Sequence record: LR756502.1 | Strand: one strand, 5' to 3' | Length of the DNA stretch: 64,000 bases | Shown: piece by piece, positions 39,272-48,416 of the stretch | Numbering within the stretch: position 1 is the first letter of the stretch | How the letters are laid out: the number at the start of each line of letters is the position of its first letter | Notes under the pieces: generated by a model | Database searches by the model: none | Told to the model about the DNA's origin: nothing | What the model saw: the letters and a program-made list of their open reading frames with translations, nothing else | Program-made: the position numbers and the translations under genes

Positions 39272-41371
39272 ATGAAACCAGTTTTAATCGTAGAAAACGC
39301 AACAAACTCCTTGATAAGAGAAGGTGTTGCGGGCAAGAATGATTATATCATGGGTGGTATTTTTACTGAATTCGGTGTTAAAAACCGTAATGAAAGAATT
39401 TATACTGCTGATAAATTTCTTCCTTGTTTGGAAGAAATGAATGATAGAATGAATTCTTTTGGTACAGTTTATGGTGAATTCGATCATCCAGATGTATTTG
39501 ATACATCATTATCGAGAGCATCTCACATAATCACAAAAGCTGAATATGTAAAAGAGTCAAATAGAGTAGAGGGTGAAATTAGATTACTAAGTACTTATTG
39601 GGGAAAAGAAGCTAAGGCATTAGTCAATGACGGATGTCCTGTTTTCGTTTCCTCTAGAGCTGCTGGTATTACTGAGTCCGATGGTACAGTTACATTGAAG
39701 AAGTTATTTACTTATGATATTGTTGCTGATCCAGGATTTGCATCTGCTAAAATGAGTGTAAAAGTACTTAATGAGTCATTGGCTTATGGAGCACCTAGCA
39801 CAAACACAAACTTCAGGATATATGAAATGTCCGATGAGTCAAAAATTAATGAACTATTCAATATGAACAAGAATGAGTTTGTCACAAAAGAGCAATTAAC
39901 AGATTACTCTAAGTATTTAGTTAAAGAACTATTAGATACTAAGAAAGAAGTTAAAAACGCTTTAACTAAGGGTAACGTAGCACCTAAAAAGTTAGAAAAT
40001 CTTCTAGAATACTATGAAGAATTACAAAAGAGTAACACACAAATGGTTAAGTATCTTGACTATTTATCTGAAAAAATTCAAGTTGTTGTTGATGAAAATT
40101 CTTCATTAAAGAAAACAGCTGATAAATTAATTAAGCATAATGATTATTTAGCTGAGAATTTAGAGAAATCTATTAACTACTCTGAATATCTTGCTGAAAG
40201 TCTTGATAAAAATATTGACTATTCTGAGTATATCGCTGAAAATTTAGATAAGAACATTTCTTATGGTGAGTATTTAGCAGAAAATTTAGATAAGAACATT
40301 TCTTATGCTGAGTATATCGCTGAAAACTTAGATAAGAATATTCAGTATTCTGAATATATCGCTGAGAACTTAGATAGTAATATAGCTTACTCAGAATATA
40401 TTGCTGAAAGTCTTGATAAGAACATTTCTTATTCCGAATACTTAGCAGAACACTTAGATAATTCTATTGCTTACTCAGAATATTTAGCTGAGAATGTTGA
40501 AGGAAATATCGCTTATTCTGAATATATCGCAGAACACTTAGATGATAATATCGCTTATTCTGAATATATCGCTGAAAACTTAGATAAGAGCATTTCTTAC
40601 CAAGGTTTAATAGTTGAAAAACTAAATGGTGGTAAACTAAACGAAAATAATGGAGAGATTTTACCATCTCTTAATGTTGCTGGATTCGAAAGCATTGAAG
40701 AAACACCTGTATCAAATGAGGTTGTTGCTGATGTTGTTGAAGAAGTTGCTACTGAACCTACAATGGAAAATGTTGTTGAGGAGTCTACAGACGATTCTGC
40801 ATCTGAATCTACTGAAGAAGAAGAAGTACATGAAAATATTAGTGGTGATTCTGATACAGAATTATCATTATCTATTGATAAATTAATTGAAGAAGCTAAA
40901 AAACGTAAAGTTTCTGAATCAACTGACTTGAACTTCTTAAAGTTCTTGAACAAGTCACAAGTTGATAGCTTTTACGCTCTAAGTCCAGAGGAACAGGAAA
41001 CTGTTAAACTTCATATAAACGAAAGAAGTTATTTTACATCTAAGGACGTATTAGGGTTAATAAGTGAATCATTATCTACTAAGAACGAAACTCTTGAAGA
41101 AAGAGTTATCAGATTAATGCCGGAAAACATTAAGGCAATCTGGAATCAGTTAAATGAATCTTCTAAAAAGTCTATCTTATCACAAGCTAGATTATATCCA
41201 GAAGATGTATTAATGACTGAAGGTCAAGTTGAGCATTTCTGGACAACTAGAAATCTTAAAAAGAATGAGTCTGTTACTAAAAAGTTAGTATCTCATGAAA
41301 GCCTTATCCAAGAGGATAAACTTTCTGATAAAGATGTACAAGCTATAATGGAGAGATTCAAAAACATTTAA
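39272..41371 (+). CDS. gp21: Prohead protease fused to scaffold
   Basis: GIFTEFGVKNRNERIY, GEFDHP, VSSRAAG, TYDIVADPGF; long coiled-coil/repeat C-terminus. Confidence 0.92.
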   Translation: MKPVLIVENATNSLIREGVAGKNDYIMGGIFTEFGVKNRNERIYTADKFLPCLEEMNDRMNSFGTVYGEFDHPDVFDTSLSRASHIITKAEYVKESNRVEGEIRLLSTYWGKEAKALVNDGCPVFVSSRAAGITESDGTVTLKKLFTYDIVADPGFASAKMSVKVLNESLAYGAPSTNTNFRIYEMSDESKINELFNMNKNEFVTKEQLTDYSKYLVKELLDTKKEVKNALTKGNVAPKKLENLLEYYEELQKSNTQMVKYLDYLSEKIQVVVDENSSLKKTADKLIKHNDYLAENLEKSINYSEYLAESLDKNIDYSEYIAENLDKNISYGEYLAENLDKNISYAEYIAENLDKNIQYSEYIAENLDSNIAYSEYIAESLDKNISYSEYLAEHLDNSIAYSEYLAENVEGNIAYSEYIAEHLDDNIAYSEYIAENLDKSISYQGLIVEKLNGGKLNENNGEILPSLNVAGFESIEETPVSNEVVADVVEEVATEPTMENVVEESTDDSASESTEEEEVHENISGDSDTELSLSIDKLIEEAKKRKVSESTDLNFLKFLNKSQVDSFYALSPEEQETVKLHINERSYFTSKDVLGLISESLSTKNETLEERVIRLMPENIKAIWNQLNESSKKSILSQARLYPEDVLMTEGQVEHFWTTRNLKKNESVTKKLVSHESLIQEDKLSDKDVQAIMERFKNI
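40136..40597 (+). repeat. 11 x 42-bp coding tandem repeat (YSEY[IL]AENLDKNI)
   Basis: Units counted from the translation; in frame. Confidence 0.92.
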
Positions 41372-41422
41372 TCTGTATAAAAAATCCACCCTTGAAAAAT
41401 ATAGGTTTAGGATGAATATATA
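41372..41422 (+). promoter_or_regulatory. Late promoter region of major capsid gene
   Basis: TCTGTATAAAAAATCCACC, then AATATATA 24 nt later. Confidence 0.55.
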
Positions 41423-41451
41423 TAGATATACAAAAAAGAAAATAATAAATT

Positions 41452-43167
41452 ATGTCACACATTAGAATAGACAAACAAAAAGCAGTTAAGAAGTGGGGAC
41501 CTGTTCTTGAGAACATGGGAGTTACTGGCGACAGAATTGATTGGATGGCAGAATATGCTGAATTTCACCAAATCAATGAGAACGCATATGTAAACGCTTC
41601 TAACGTAGCAGGTATGGGTCAAGTTATTGCAGCTGGTCCATCAATATTACCAGGTGCTACAATTGGTACAAATTGGTCATCAACAGGAATCGCAGGTTCA
41701 GGTGATGTTGGTCAAAACCTTTTACCAGTAGCAATGAAAATCGCAGCTCAAACAATCGGTTTGGATTTAGTAGCTGTTAAGCCTTCTCCAGGACCAAAAA
41801 TTGACTTACTTTATATTGATTTTCAATATGATGATACTCAATTGGGTGCTAATGATGAGAGACCACAGGTTTTCAAATTAAACATGACAGAATTGTCAAC
41901 AGTTCAAATCGCTCTTAGAGCTTTTATGTCTGCTAACGGTATCGTTGAGTCTCAAGGTGGGATGAATGATAGAATCTGGGCTAACATAAACGGATCTTCA
42001 ACAATCTCTACTTTTACTACAACTGATCAAACAGCAAATAGTAAAGTTGGTACAGTTGAATTCTTAGGTTTCTCTCGTATCGATGGTTACCCAATGTTCA
42101 GAGCTTACAGACAGTTTAACACAGCTCACACAGCAGTTACAACTGGTTCTACTCTTTGGTCATTTGACGCAACTAGAAACACATTTAACCCAACACAATC
42201 TATGATTACTCAAGTAACAGCAATTGGTACAGTTTCTGTTAGTGGTGTAACTCTTGAGTTGGTATCAGCTCTTGAAGATCATATCCCGGGATTCTCTGCA
42301 AATTGGAACTCTAGTTCAACTGGATTTGCTGGTAACTATCCAATGGACAGATTACAAGATGACAGCACATATGCTGGTGTTATCGGACCAAAAATTTCTT
42401 CTAAATCTATTGCAGTTGGTACTATTGAAGTAACTTCAGCTCTTAGAAGATCAGAAATTGAAGATATCAAAGCTAACACAGGTATGGACATCGTTCAAAA
42501 GATGGAGTCAATCCTTGTTAATGAGTTATCTCAAACAATTTCTAAACAAATTGTAGCTAAGATTTTCGAAATGGGTGATCTAAACAGAACAACAGCTCCT
42601 TTATTTACTGGAACTGCTTTAGCTGGTGACCCAACTGGAAAAACTATCTTCGACTTAAACACTGTATATGCAGCAGTTGCAACAGGACCAGGAGGAGAAA
42701 CTACACACGCGATTCAACGTAAGTTGATCACTAAGATAGCTCACGCTTCTAACTACATTGCGACTGAAGGTCGTGTTGGTCCAGCTCAATACTTGATCAC
42801 AAATGGAGGTCTTGCAGCAGCTTTACAAGATATCGCTGGTTACACAGTTAACCCTATGAAATCTAAATTAAACTCACAAGGTCAATTATACCCTGTAGGT
42901 ACAATTGGAGATATCTCTATCTATGTTGATCCTTATATGAAGTATAATGACAACAGAATTGTTGTAGGAAGAAAGAACAACGCTGACCAACCTGGTATTA
43001 TTTTCGTACCTTATTTGATGGCTCAGTCTATCTCTGTAATCTCTGAAGCTACATTCGCACCACGTATGTTGTTAAGATCAAGATATGCAGTTGCTGAAGT
43101 TGGTTGGTTCCCACAAAAACAATTTATGACTATTAAAGTTGTAGATGCTAATGGTTACTTAAACTAA
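41452..43167 (+). CDS. gp23: Major capsid protein
   Basis: KKWGPVLE, HQINE cleavage-like site, DLVAVKPSPGP, IYVDPY, PGIIFVPY, FAPRMLLRSRYAV. Confidence 0.95.
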   Translation: MSHIRIDKQKAVKKWGPVLENMGVTGDRIDWMAEYAEFHQINENAYVNASNVAGMGQVIAAGPSILPGATIGTNWSSTGIAGSGDVGQNLLPVAMKIAAQTIGLDLVAVKPSPGPKIDLLYIDFQYDDTQLGANDERPQVFKLNMTELSTVQIALRAFMSANGIVESQGGMNDRIWANINGSSTISTFTTTDQTANSKVGTVEFLGFSRIDGYPMFRAYRQFNTAHTAVTTGSTLWSFDATRNTFNPTQSMITQVTAIGTVSVSGVTLELVSALEDHIPGFSANWNSSSTGFAGNYPMDRLQDDSTYAGVIGPKISSKSIAVGTIEVTSALRRSEIEDIKANTGMDIVQKMESILVNELSQTISKQIVAKIFEMGDLNRTTAPLFTGTALAGDPTGKTIFDLNTVYAAVATGPGGETTHAIQRKLITKIAHASNYIATEGRVGPAQYLITNGGLAAALQDIAGYTVNPMKSKLNSQGQLYPVGTIGDISIYVDPYMKYNDNRIVVGRKNNADQPGIIFVPYLMAQSISVISEATFAPRMLLRSRYAVAEVGWFPQKQFMTIKVVDANGYLN

Positions 43168-43188
43168 TCTTTAGGATTAAAGAATACC

Positions 43189-43218
43189 GAAAAAAGTCCC
43201 TTAATTGGGACTTTTTTC
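43189..43218 (+). terminator. Intrinsic terminator
   Basis: GAAAAAAGTCCC-TTAATT-GGGACTTTTTTC. Confidence 0.85.
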
Positions 43219-43252
43219 ATTTTAAATAGTTTGTGAATTAATATATACACAT

Positions 43253-43942
43253 ATGAAAAAGTATATCCTAGTTGCTGATGATCCTAATTGTACTGATTTA
43301 TATCTTCAATATTTTGATGATCTAATAGGAGTATATCAATTTGTTTGTGACGATCTAACATATGATGACTTTGATATCGAAGATTTTATGGCTGGTGGTT
43401 CTACTGGATATAGCTGCGTTGAAGAAAGAATTCAAGAACATGAAGTTAGTTATAACCTATTTAAAAATGGTGAATCTGATTGCACTTTCATACTAAGTGG
43501 GGATGATGGATCTTGGGAAGAATTTACCAATATTTGTTTTGGTATTAAGGAGAATAAGATTATAAAATTTGATAAATTTAATGAGGGTAAGAAGGATAAA
43601 TTTCCAAATCTTAAAAAGCTAGAAATAGATGGATTTGTTGTGTATATTGGTAAGGATGCTATTTCAAATGATCATCTAACATTCAATATCGCCTATCCGG
43701 AAGATATTTGGATGCATGCTAAGGGTGTTCCTGGTAGTCATGTTGTTATAAGAGTAAGAGAAAATCTACCAACAAAAGAAACAATAAAAAAAGTGGCACA
43801 ACTAGCATTAAAAAATAGTAAGTCTAAGTCAGATAGAGCTTCAGTTGTCTATTGTCAAAGAAAATTTGTTAAAAAAGAAAAGGGTATGAATCCTGGTGAA
43901 GTTAGGGTTGATTATACCAATTCTGAGGAAATTGCTATTTGA
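43253..43942 (+). CDS. Acidic N-domain plus NFACT-R (DUF814, RqcH/FbpA C-terminal) domain
   Basis: YIGKDAISNDHLT...DIWMHAKGVPGSHVVI...LA...SK...PGEV. Confidence 0.82.
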   Translation: MKKYILVADDPNCTDLYLQYFDDLIGVYQFVCDDLTYDDFDIEDFMAGGSTGYSCVEERIQEHEVSYNLFKNGESDCTFILSGDDGSWEEFTNICFGIKENKIIKFDKFNEGKKDKFPNLKKLEIDGFVVYIGKDAISNDHLTFNIAYPEDIWMHAKGVPGSHVVIRVRENLPTKETIKKVAQLALKNSKSKSDRASVVYCQRKFVKKEKGMNPGEVRVDYTNSEEIAI

Positions 43943-43974
43943 AATTAATATATAGAATATAAAATAAGTATAAT

Positions 43975-45351
43975 ATGGCTGATAAAACAAGTACTCCTGC
44001 AACACCAAGATTGACATTTACACAGGATCTTATAGATATTTTAGATAAATTATCAGCTGATAATAGTTATCTAGCATTTGAGTTACTTGGGTTAATTGAA
44101 CCAAATGTTAAATATCATAATGGATTGAAAATAACTATGGTTGGTCCATCTAAAGAAGATTGGTGTTTTGATATTGTTATTAACAATAAGAGAATGCCTA
44201 TGAAGATTGGTAAATTCGCTAGATATTTTATAGGCAATGAATCAATAATATCAAACCAAGAGGTATATAAGTTCAGTTCTAGTTATAATAAGCTTAAGAA
44301 TGATGAGCCTGATAATAATGATGCTGAAGAACAATATACTCCAATAGTAGTTCCTGAATTTTCATATAATCCAAAGGATGTTAAAGCAACTTTTCTTTCT
44401 ATGGTAACAAAGACATATCCACATGGACATGAGGATGAGGTCTTGCAGTTTTTGCCTGAGTTGCAAAAAGATTCTGTTGGTAATTACTATTTAATAGTTG
44501 GTAAGTCACAAACTATGTTTACTTCACATCTAGATACTGCTGATAGACTACAGGAACCAACTGTATTATATGATGCTGAGTTAGATGGTGATGATTTTAT
44601 AATAACTGATGGTCATACTATACTTGGTGCTGATGATAAATCTGGAATAACTGTTATGTTGTATATGATATCTCATAATATTCCCGGATTATATTATTTT
44701 TTCATTGGTGAGGAAAGAGGTGGTATTGGATCTGGTAAATTATCCGCTGTTTTTAACTCAACAGATCACGTTAGGAACATTAAGCGTTGTGTTTCCTTTG
44801 ATAGAAGAAGTTATCATTCAGTTATTACTGAACAATTAGGTAGAAGATGTTGTTCTGATGAGTTTGGAACAGCTTTGTGTAAGGAATATAATAAGACTGG
44901 ATTTGTTAAGCTGTCACTTGATCCAACTGGTATATATACCGATTCAGCATCCTTTTTGGATGATATACCGGAGTGTACTAATATATCTGTTGGTTATATG
45001 CATGAGCATACCGGTGATGAGTTTCAGAATATAACATATCTGGAGAGTCTTTGTAAGGCATCATTGCTTATAAATTGGGAGGGATTACCAACACTTAGAA
45101 AAGTTGGAATAGATCAAGAAATTGTTAAGAAATATAGAAAGTTTTTAGATGATGTTAAATTGGCAGCATTTGAATTGGATGTTAAGCTTTTTGGATATGA
45201 GGGTAAGGTTTCATTGAGAGTTGATTTGGAAGAAACTGATATAGACACCATACATAGTGATCTACTTTCAATTTCAGAACTATTCAAAAAACATAAAATG
45301 GATCCAAATATCACATTCAGAGACACTTATTTAAAAATAGAATTAATATAA
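43975..45351 (+). CDS. M20/M28-family metallopeptidase with N- and C-terminal extensions
   Basis: SHLDTA, LGADDKSG, GEERGGIGS, SFDRR, TNISVGYMHEHT. Confidence 0.82.
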   Translation: MADKTSTPATPRLTFTQDLIDILDKLSADNSYLAFELLGLIEPNVKYHNGLKITMVGPSKEDWCFDIVINNKRMPMKIGKFARYFIGNESIISNQEVYKFSSSYNKLKNDEPDNNDAEEQYTPIVVPEFSYNPKDVKATFLSMVTKTYPHGHEDEVLQFLPELQKDSVGNYYLIVGKSQTMFTSHLDTADRLQEPTVLYDAELDGDDFIITDGHTILGADDKSGITVMLYMISHNIPGLYYFFIGEERGGIGSGKLSAVFNSTDHVRNIKRCVSFDRRSYHSVITEQLGRRCCSDEFGTALCKEYNKTGFVKLSLDPTGIYTDSASFLDDIPECTNISVGYMHEHTGDEFQNITYLESLCKASLLINWEGLPTLRKVGIDQEIVKKYRKFLDDVKLAAFELDVKLFGYEGKVSLRVDLEETDIDTIHSDLLSISELFKKHKMDPNITFRDTYLKIELI

Positions 45352-45869
45352 TGAAGCTTAAGAAATATAAAGACATTTTCGAGAAAAGCGTTCGTACTCC
45401 AACTAGCATGGATGATTACCCAATTGATTATGGTGATGATGATGATGATGATATCTACGGTAGACCTAGTTATGGTATTGGTAGTTATGGTTCGATTGGA
45501 CCATCGGGTATTTCATATGGTGGTAAAGGGAAATCCAAAGCAAAAGTTGAAGATGAGATACCATCTGAGGATATGGAACATTTGTTATATTTATTAAGGA
45601 CACTTTTTAAGAATAGTGGTGTTGATGCTGATATTGAGAGTAAGGGTCTTGATATAACAATTTTTGTTGTATTGAATAAAAAAGAGAAAATGTCTTCTAT
45701 TATTAAGGTATTTGATGTTGCTAAAAAGCTTAAGAAGGACATACTACCACAATATGACTCAGAATTTGAGATGTGGGAGACTAAAACCGGAGATCCTATG
45801 CTTACCTTCAACTTTATGTATGAAGGTGATGATGATGATGAAAACTACGATGGTAACGCTCCTTTCTAA
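45351..45869 (+). CDS. Hypothetical protein with capsid-targeting-like N-terminus
   Basis: MKLKKYKDIFE; Gly/Ser/Tyr linker. Confidence 0.55.
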   Translation: MKLKKYKDIFEKSVRTPTSMDDYPIDYGDDDDDDIYGRPSYGIGSYGSIGPSGISYGGKGKSKAKVEDEIPSEDMEHLLYLLRTLFKNSGVDADIESKGLDITIFVVLNKKEKMSSIIKVFDVAKKLKKDILPQYDSEFEMWETKTGDPMLTFNFMYEGDDDDENYDGNAPF

Positions 45870-45918
45870 GAAAAATAGATAAAAGTCTATATTTATAACT
45901 AATATATAATAATCACAG

Positions 45919-45956
45919 AAACATTTTTGTTATTAAGTAATATAAGTGTATATTTG
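45919..45956 (+). promoter_or_regulatory. Tandem AAAC-N18-TATAAG and Bacteroidota TTTG-N19-TATATTTG promoters for tmRNA
   Basis: Read directly upstream of ssrA. Confidence 0.7.
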
Positions 45957-45978
45957 TGTAAGAATATAATTACAACTT

Positions 45979-46357
45979 GGGGGTGTCATAGAATAGATTC
46001 GCAGAGTAAAGGTAGTTATGCAGGTATCGGGTGGTAAGATGTCCGATTAATAAATTATCATACAAACTTGTAAACGACAACGTTTCAGAAGTAGGAACCC
46101 GTGAAGACATAGTATCGGCTCTACAAAACAACATGATCTCTGTAGGAGATCTAGCAGTAGCTTAATCGCAACTCTACTAAATAAATTCTACAACTGATTC
46201 ACAACAGTAAAACAAGGTGAGATTTTTTGTTGTTATTTGTTTGAGTCTTTCAAAATCAAATAACTATTTTGTCCACTTAGAAAAATGGACTAAGCCTGTA
46301 AATGAATAGATACAATTAACTGAGGAAGACACCGGGGGCAGTGCCTGGTCACCTCCA
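45979..46357 (+). ncRNA. ssrA: tmRNA
   Basis: Acceptor stem GGGGGTG/CACCTCC with G3:U70 and discriminator A; T-arm ACCGGG-GGCAGTG-CCTGGT; tag ORF 46076..46165 ending LAVA*. Confidence 0.92.
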
Positions 46358-46363
46358 CAAAAG

Positions 46364-46427
46364 AAAAGCCATTTGCGCTAGGTTAAGCCACGTTTTAGGA
46401 GGCTTTTTTTCGGCAAATGGCTTTTTT
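46364..46427 (+). terminator. Nested hairpin terminator after tmRNA
   Basis: Outer AAAAGCCATTTGC/GCAAATGGCTTTT; inner AAGCC/GGCTT followed by a U-run. Confidence 0.75.
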
Positions 46428-46435
46428 AATTTTAA

Positions 46436-46717
46436 ATGGAAATCATCGTAAATTCTAGAAAAAAAAGAGAACCTATATCATTAATATTTGATTCAGAGGT
46501 TTATTTACCAAATGAGTTGCTTCGGTCGTTTGATGAGTTAATAGTTCTTAAAAAGATTACACAAGAGGTTTTAGAGTATCTTGGTTTAAATACTGAGAAA
46601 ATTAGTGGATTGAATCCAGGATTTAAAATAACAAAAGTGCTCGTTGATGATGATGAATATGTTAGAATAAAAACAATTGTTAAAAGAGATAATATAATAG
46701 AAAATATACTAAGATGA
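46436..46717 (+). CDS. Hypothetical protein with C-terminal RDNIIENIL motif
   Basis: Ends KRDNIIENILR. Confidence 0.55.
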   Translation: MEIIVNSRKKREPISLIFDSEVYLPNELLRSFDELIVLKKITQEVLEYLGLNTEKISGLNPGFKITKVLVDDDEYVRIKTIVKRDNIIENILR

Positions 46718-47175
46718 TAGATAAATTTGATGGTCGATTTAGATTTTTATCTAATTTCTACCCCTCTGAAATAGAGTACCAAGGAATAACTTACCCAACT
46801 AATGAGCACTATTACGTTGCTATGAAAATAAATGACATACAACTAATAAATGGTCAGATGTTAACTGTTAACGATGCTAGAGAGCTCGTTGCTTCTATTG
46901 AGAGTTCTGGTAAGGTTAAAAGATTTGGTAGGTCTATAAAGGTAAGAAAAGATTGGGATGATGTGAAGTTGAAGGTTATGGAGTATGGAGTTCGTCAAAA
47001 ATTTACAAAGCACAAAAATCTATCAGATCTATTGATATCAACTGGTGATGAACAACTTATTGAAGGCAATTGGTGGGGTGATATTTTTTGGGGTGTTTGT
47101 GATGGTAAAGGAGAAAATAATCTAGGTAAGATTCTAATGATGATCCGTGATGAAATCAGAGGAAAAAGAATATAA
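46714..47175 (+). CDS. NADAR/YbiA family hydrolase
   Basis: FLSNFYPS, EHYY.AMK, WDDVK..VM, LIEGNWWGDIFWG, G.N.LGKILM.IR. Confidence 0.92.
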   Translation: MIDKFDGRFRFLSNFYPSEIEYQGITYPTNEHYYVAMKINDIQLINGQMLTVNDARELVASIESSGKVKRFGRSIKVRKDWDDVKLKVMEYGVRQKFTKHKNLSDLLISTGDEQLIEGNWWGDIFWGVCDGKGENNLGKILMMIRDEIRGKRI

Positions 47176-47410
47176 GTTTTTAATTTTCGTATTTAAACTC
47201 GATGTTGGACCCAATAGCGAGATTATGGAATCATATGCTAATGAGGAACAGTTAATTAAATTAGGATTAGATCCATCAAAAGATATGGATATAAAAATTG
47301 ACCACAAAGGATATAATGTGGCTTCTATTAACCTATCTGGTAAATTCAAAGATAAATATCCACATCATAAAAGAGACCTTTCTCTCCGTAAATTATTTGA
47401 TGAATTGTAG
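47147..47410 (+). CDS. Hypothetical protein with C-terminal RDLSLRKLF motif
   Basis: 87-aa ORF. Confidence 0.55.
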   Translation: MMKSEEKEYKFLIFVFKLDVGPNSEIMESYANEEQLIKLGLDPSKDMDIKIDHKGYNVASINLSGKFKDKYPHHKRDLSLRKLFDEL

Positions 47411-47413
47411 TCC

Positions 47414-47441
47414 AAACTTTTTGAGTAGTAATTAGTATAAT
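47414..47441 (+). promoter_or_regulatory. AAAC-N18-TATAAT promoter (dam)
   Basis: Exact spacing. Confidence 0.6.
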
Positions 47442-47459
47442 TAAAAACTAATATAATAC

Positions 47460-48410
47460 ATGTCAATAATATCATACTTTGGTGGTAAGTCCAGCAATAT
47501 TTTCATCGAATTTATAAATTCGAAAATACCAAAATCAGGTATTAAAACATATGTAGAGCCATTTAGTGGGTCTATGGGTACCTATATGGATGATCCATCT
47601 TTAAATTTTGATACCGTTATTTATAATGATAAAAATAGACACCAAGTAAACCTAGTTAAGTGTTGCTCTGATCCTGAAAAATTTGTTATTTACTTGGAGA
47701 AACTTAAAGATACTTTGTTAAAAACGAATGAAACGGATCCACTTAAAAAGTGGGACTTCTATAAATCTATTTATCATAAATATACTAAAAATGACTTTCT
47801 TGATGATATGAATTTTGAAATCGGTGATTTCAAAAAAGCTGCTATTTATGCTTTTTTAATAACATCTAGCTTTTCTTCTGTGTATCCAAGAGGTGGGGGA
47901 TTTTCTGGATATAACAAGGCAAAAGATAGATTGAAACTAGAGGTACTCATAGGTAAATTAAAGAAAAATAAATATACCAATAAAATAAAGTCAATAACTA
48001 ATTTTTACAATGTTGATTTTGAAGAACTCATTTTAAAATATGATTCAGATGAGACTTATTTATATTTAGATCCTCCTTATGCTAGATTTAATGAAGAAAG
48101 TGGTGAGGATGATGACTCAAAAAGACTATTCTGGTATGGGTCTGATAAGGATGGTGTGTTTGGTCCTCAATCACATAGAAGATTGTTGGAGTTATTAAAG
48201 AATACCAAATGTAGATGGTCACTCTCTTATTACTATTTTCCTCTTTTAGAGGAATTATTACCAAGAGATAAATATTTCTGGACACAGAAGGAGGTATTCA
48301 GAGGATCTGCCCAAGGTGGTAATAATCATGATCCAAATAAAGATCACGCAAAAGGTGTAGAAATTCTAATTATGAATTACGATCCATCTACTGGTAAAAA
48401 AACAAATTAA
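47460..48410 (+). CDS. dam: DNA adenine methyltransferase (D12 class, alpha group)
   Basis: YFGGKS, YVEPFSG, VIYND, LYLDPPY; target sequence not determinable from sequence. Confidence 0.88.
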   Translation: MSIISYFGGKSSNIFIEFINSKIPKSGIKTYVEPFSGSMGTYMDDPSLNFDTVIYNDKNRHQVNLVKCCSDPEKFVIYLEKLKDTLLKTNETDPLKKWDFYKSIYHKYTKNDFLDDMNFEIGDFKKAAIYAFLITSSFSSVYPRGGGFSGYNKAKDRLKLEVLIGKLKKNKYTNKIKSITNFYNVDFEELILKYDSDETYLYLDPPYARFNEESGEDDDSKRLFWYGSDKDGVFGPQSHRRLLELLKNTKCRWSLSYYYFPLLEELLPRDKYFWTQKEVFRGSAQGGNNHDPNKDHAKGVEILIMNYDPSTGKKTN

Positions 48411-48416
48411 TATTAC

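Noticed and set aside
40136-40597. 42-bp periodic repeat resembling a CRISPR array
   Set aside because: No unique spacers; in-frame with synonymous variation, so a protein repeat
46329-46360. Separate tRNA gene
   Set aside because: It is the tmRNA 3' end; no other cloverleaf was noticed in the window
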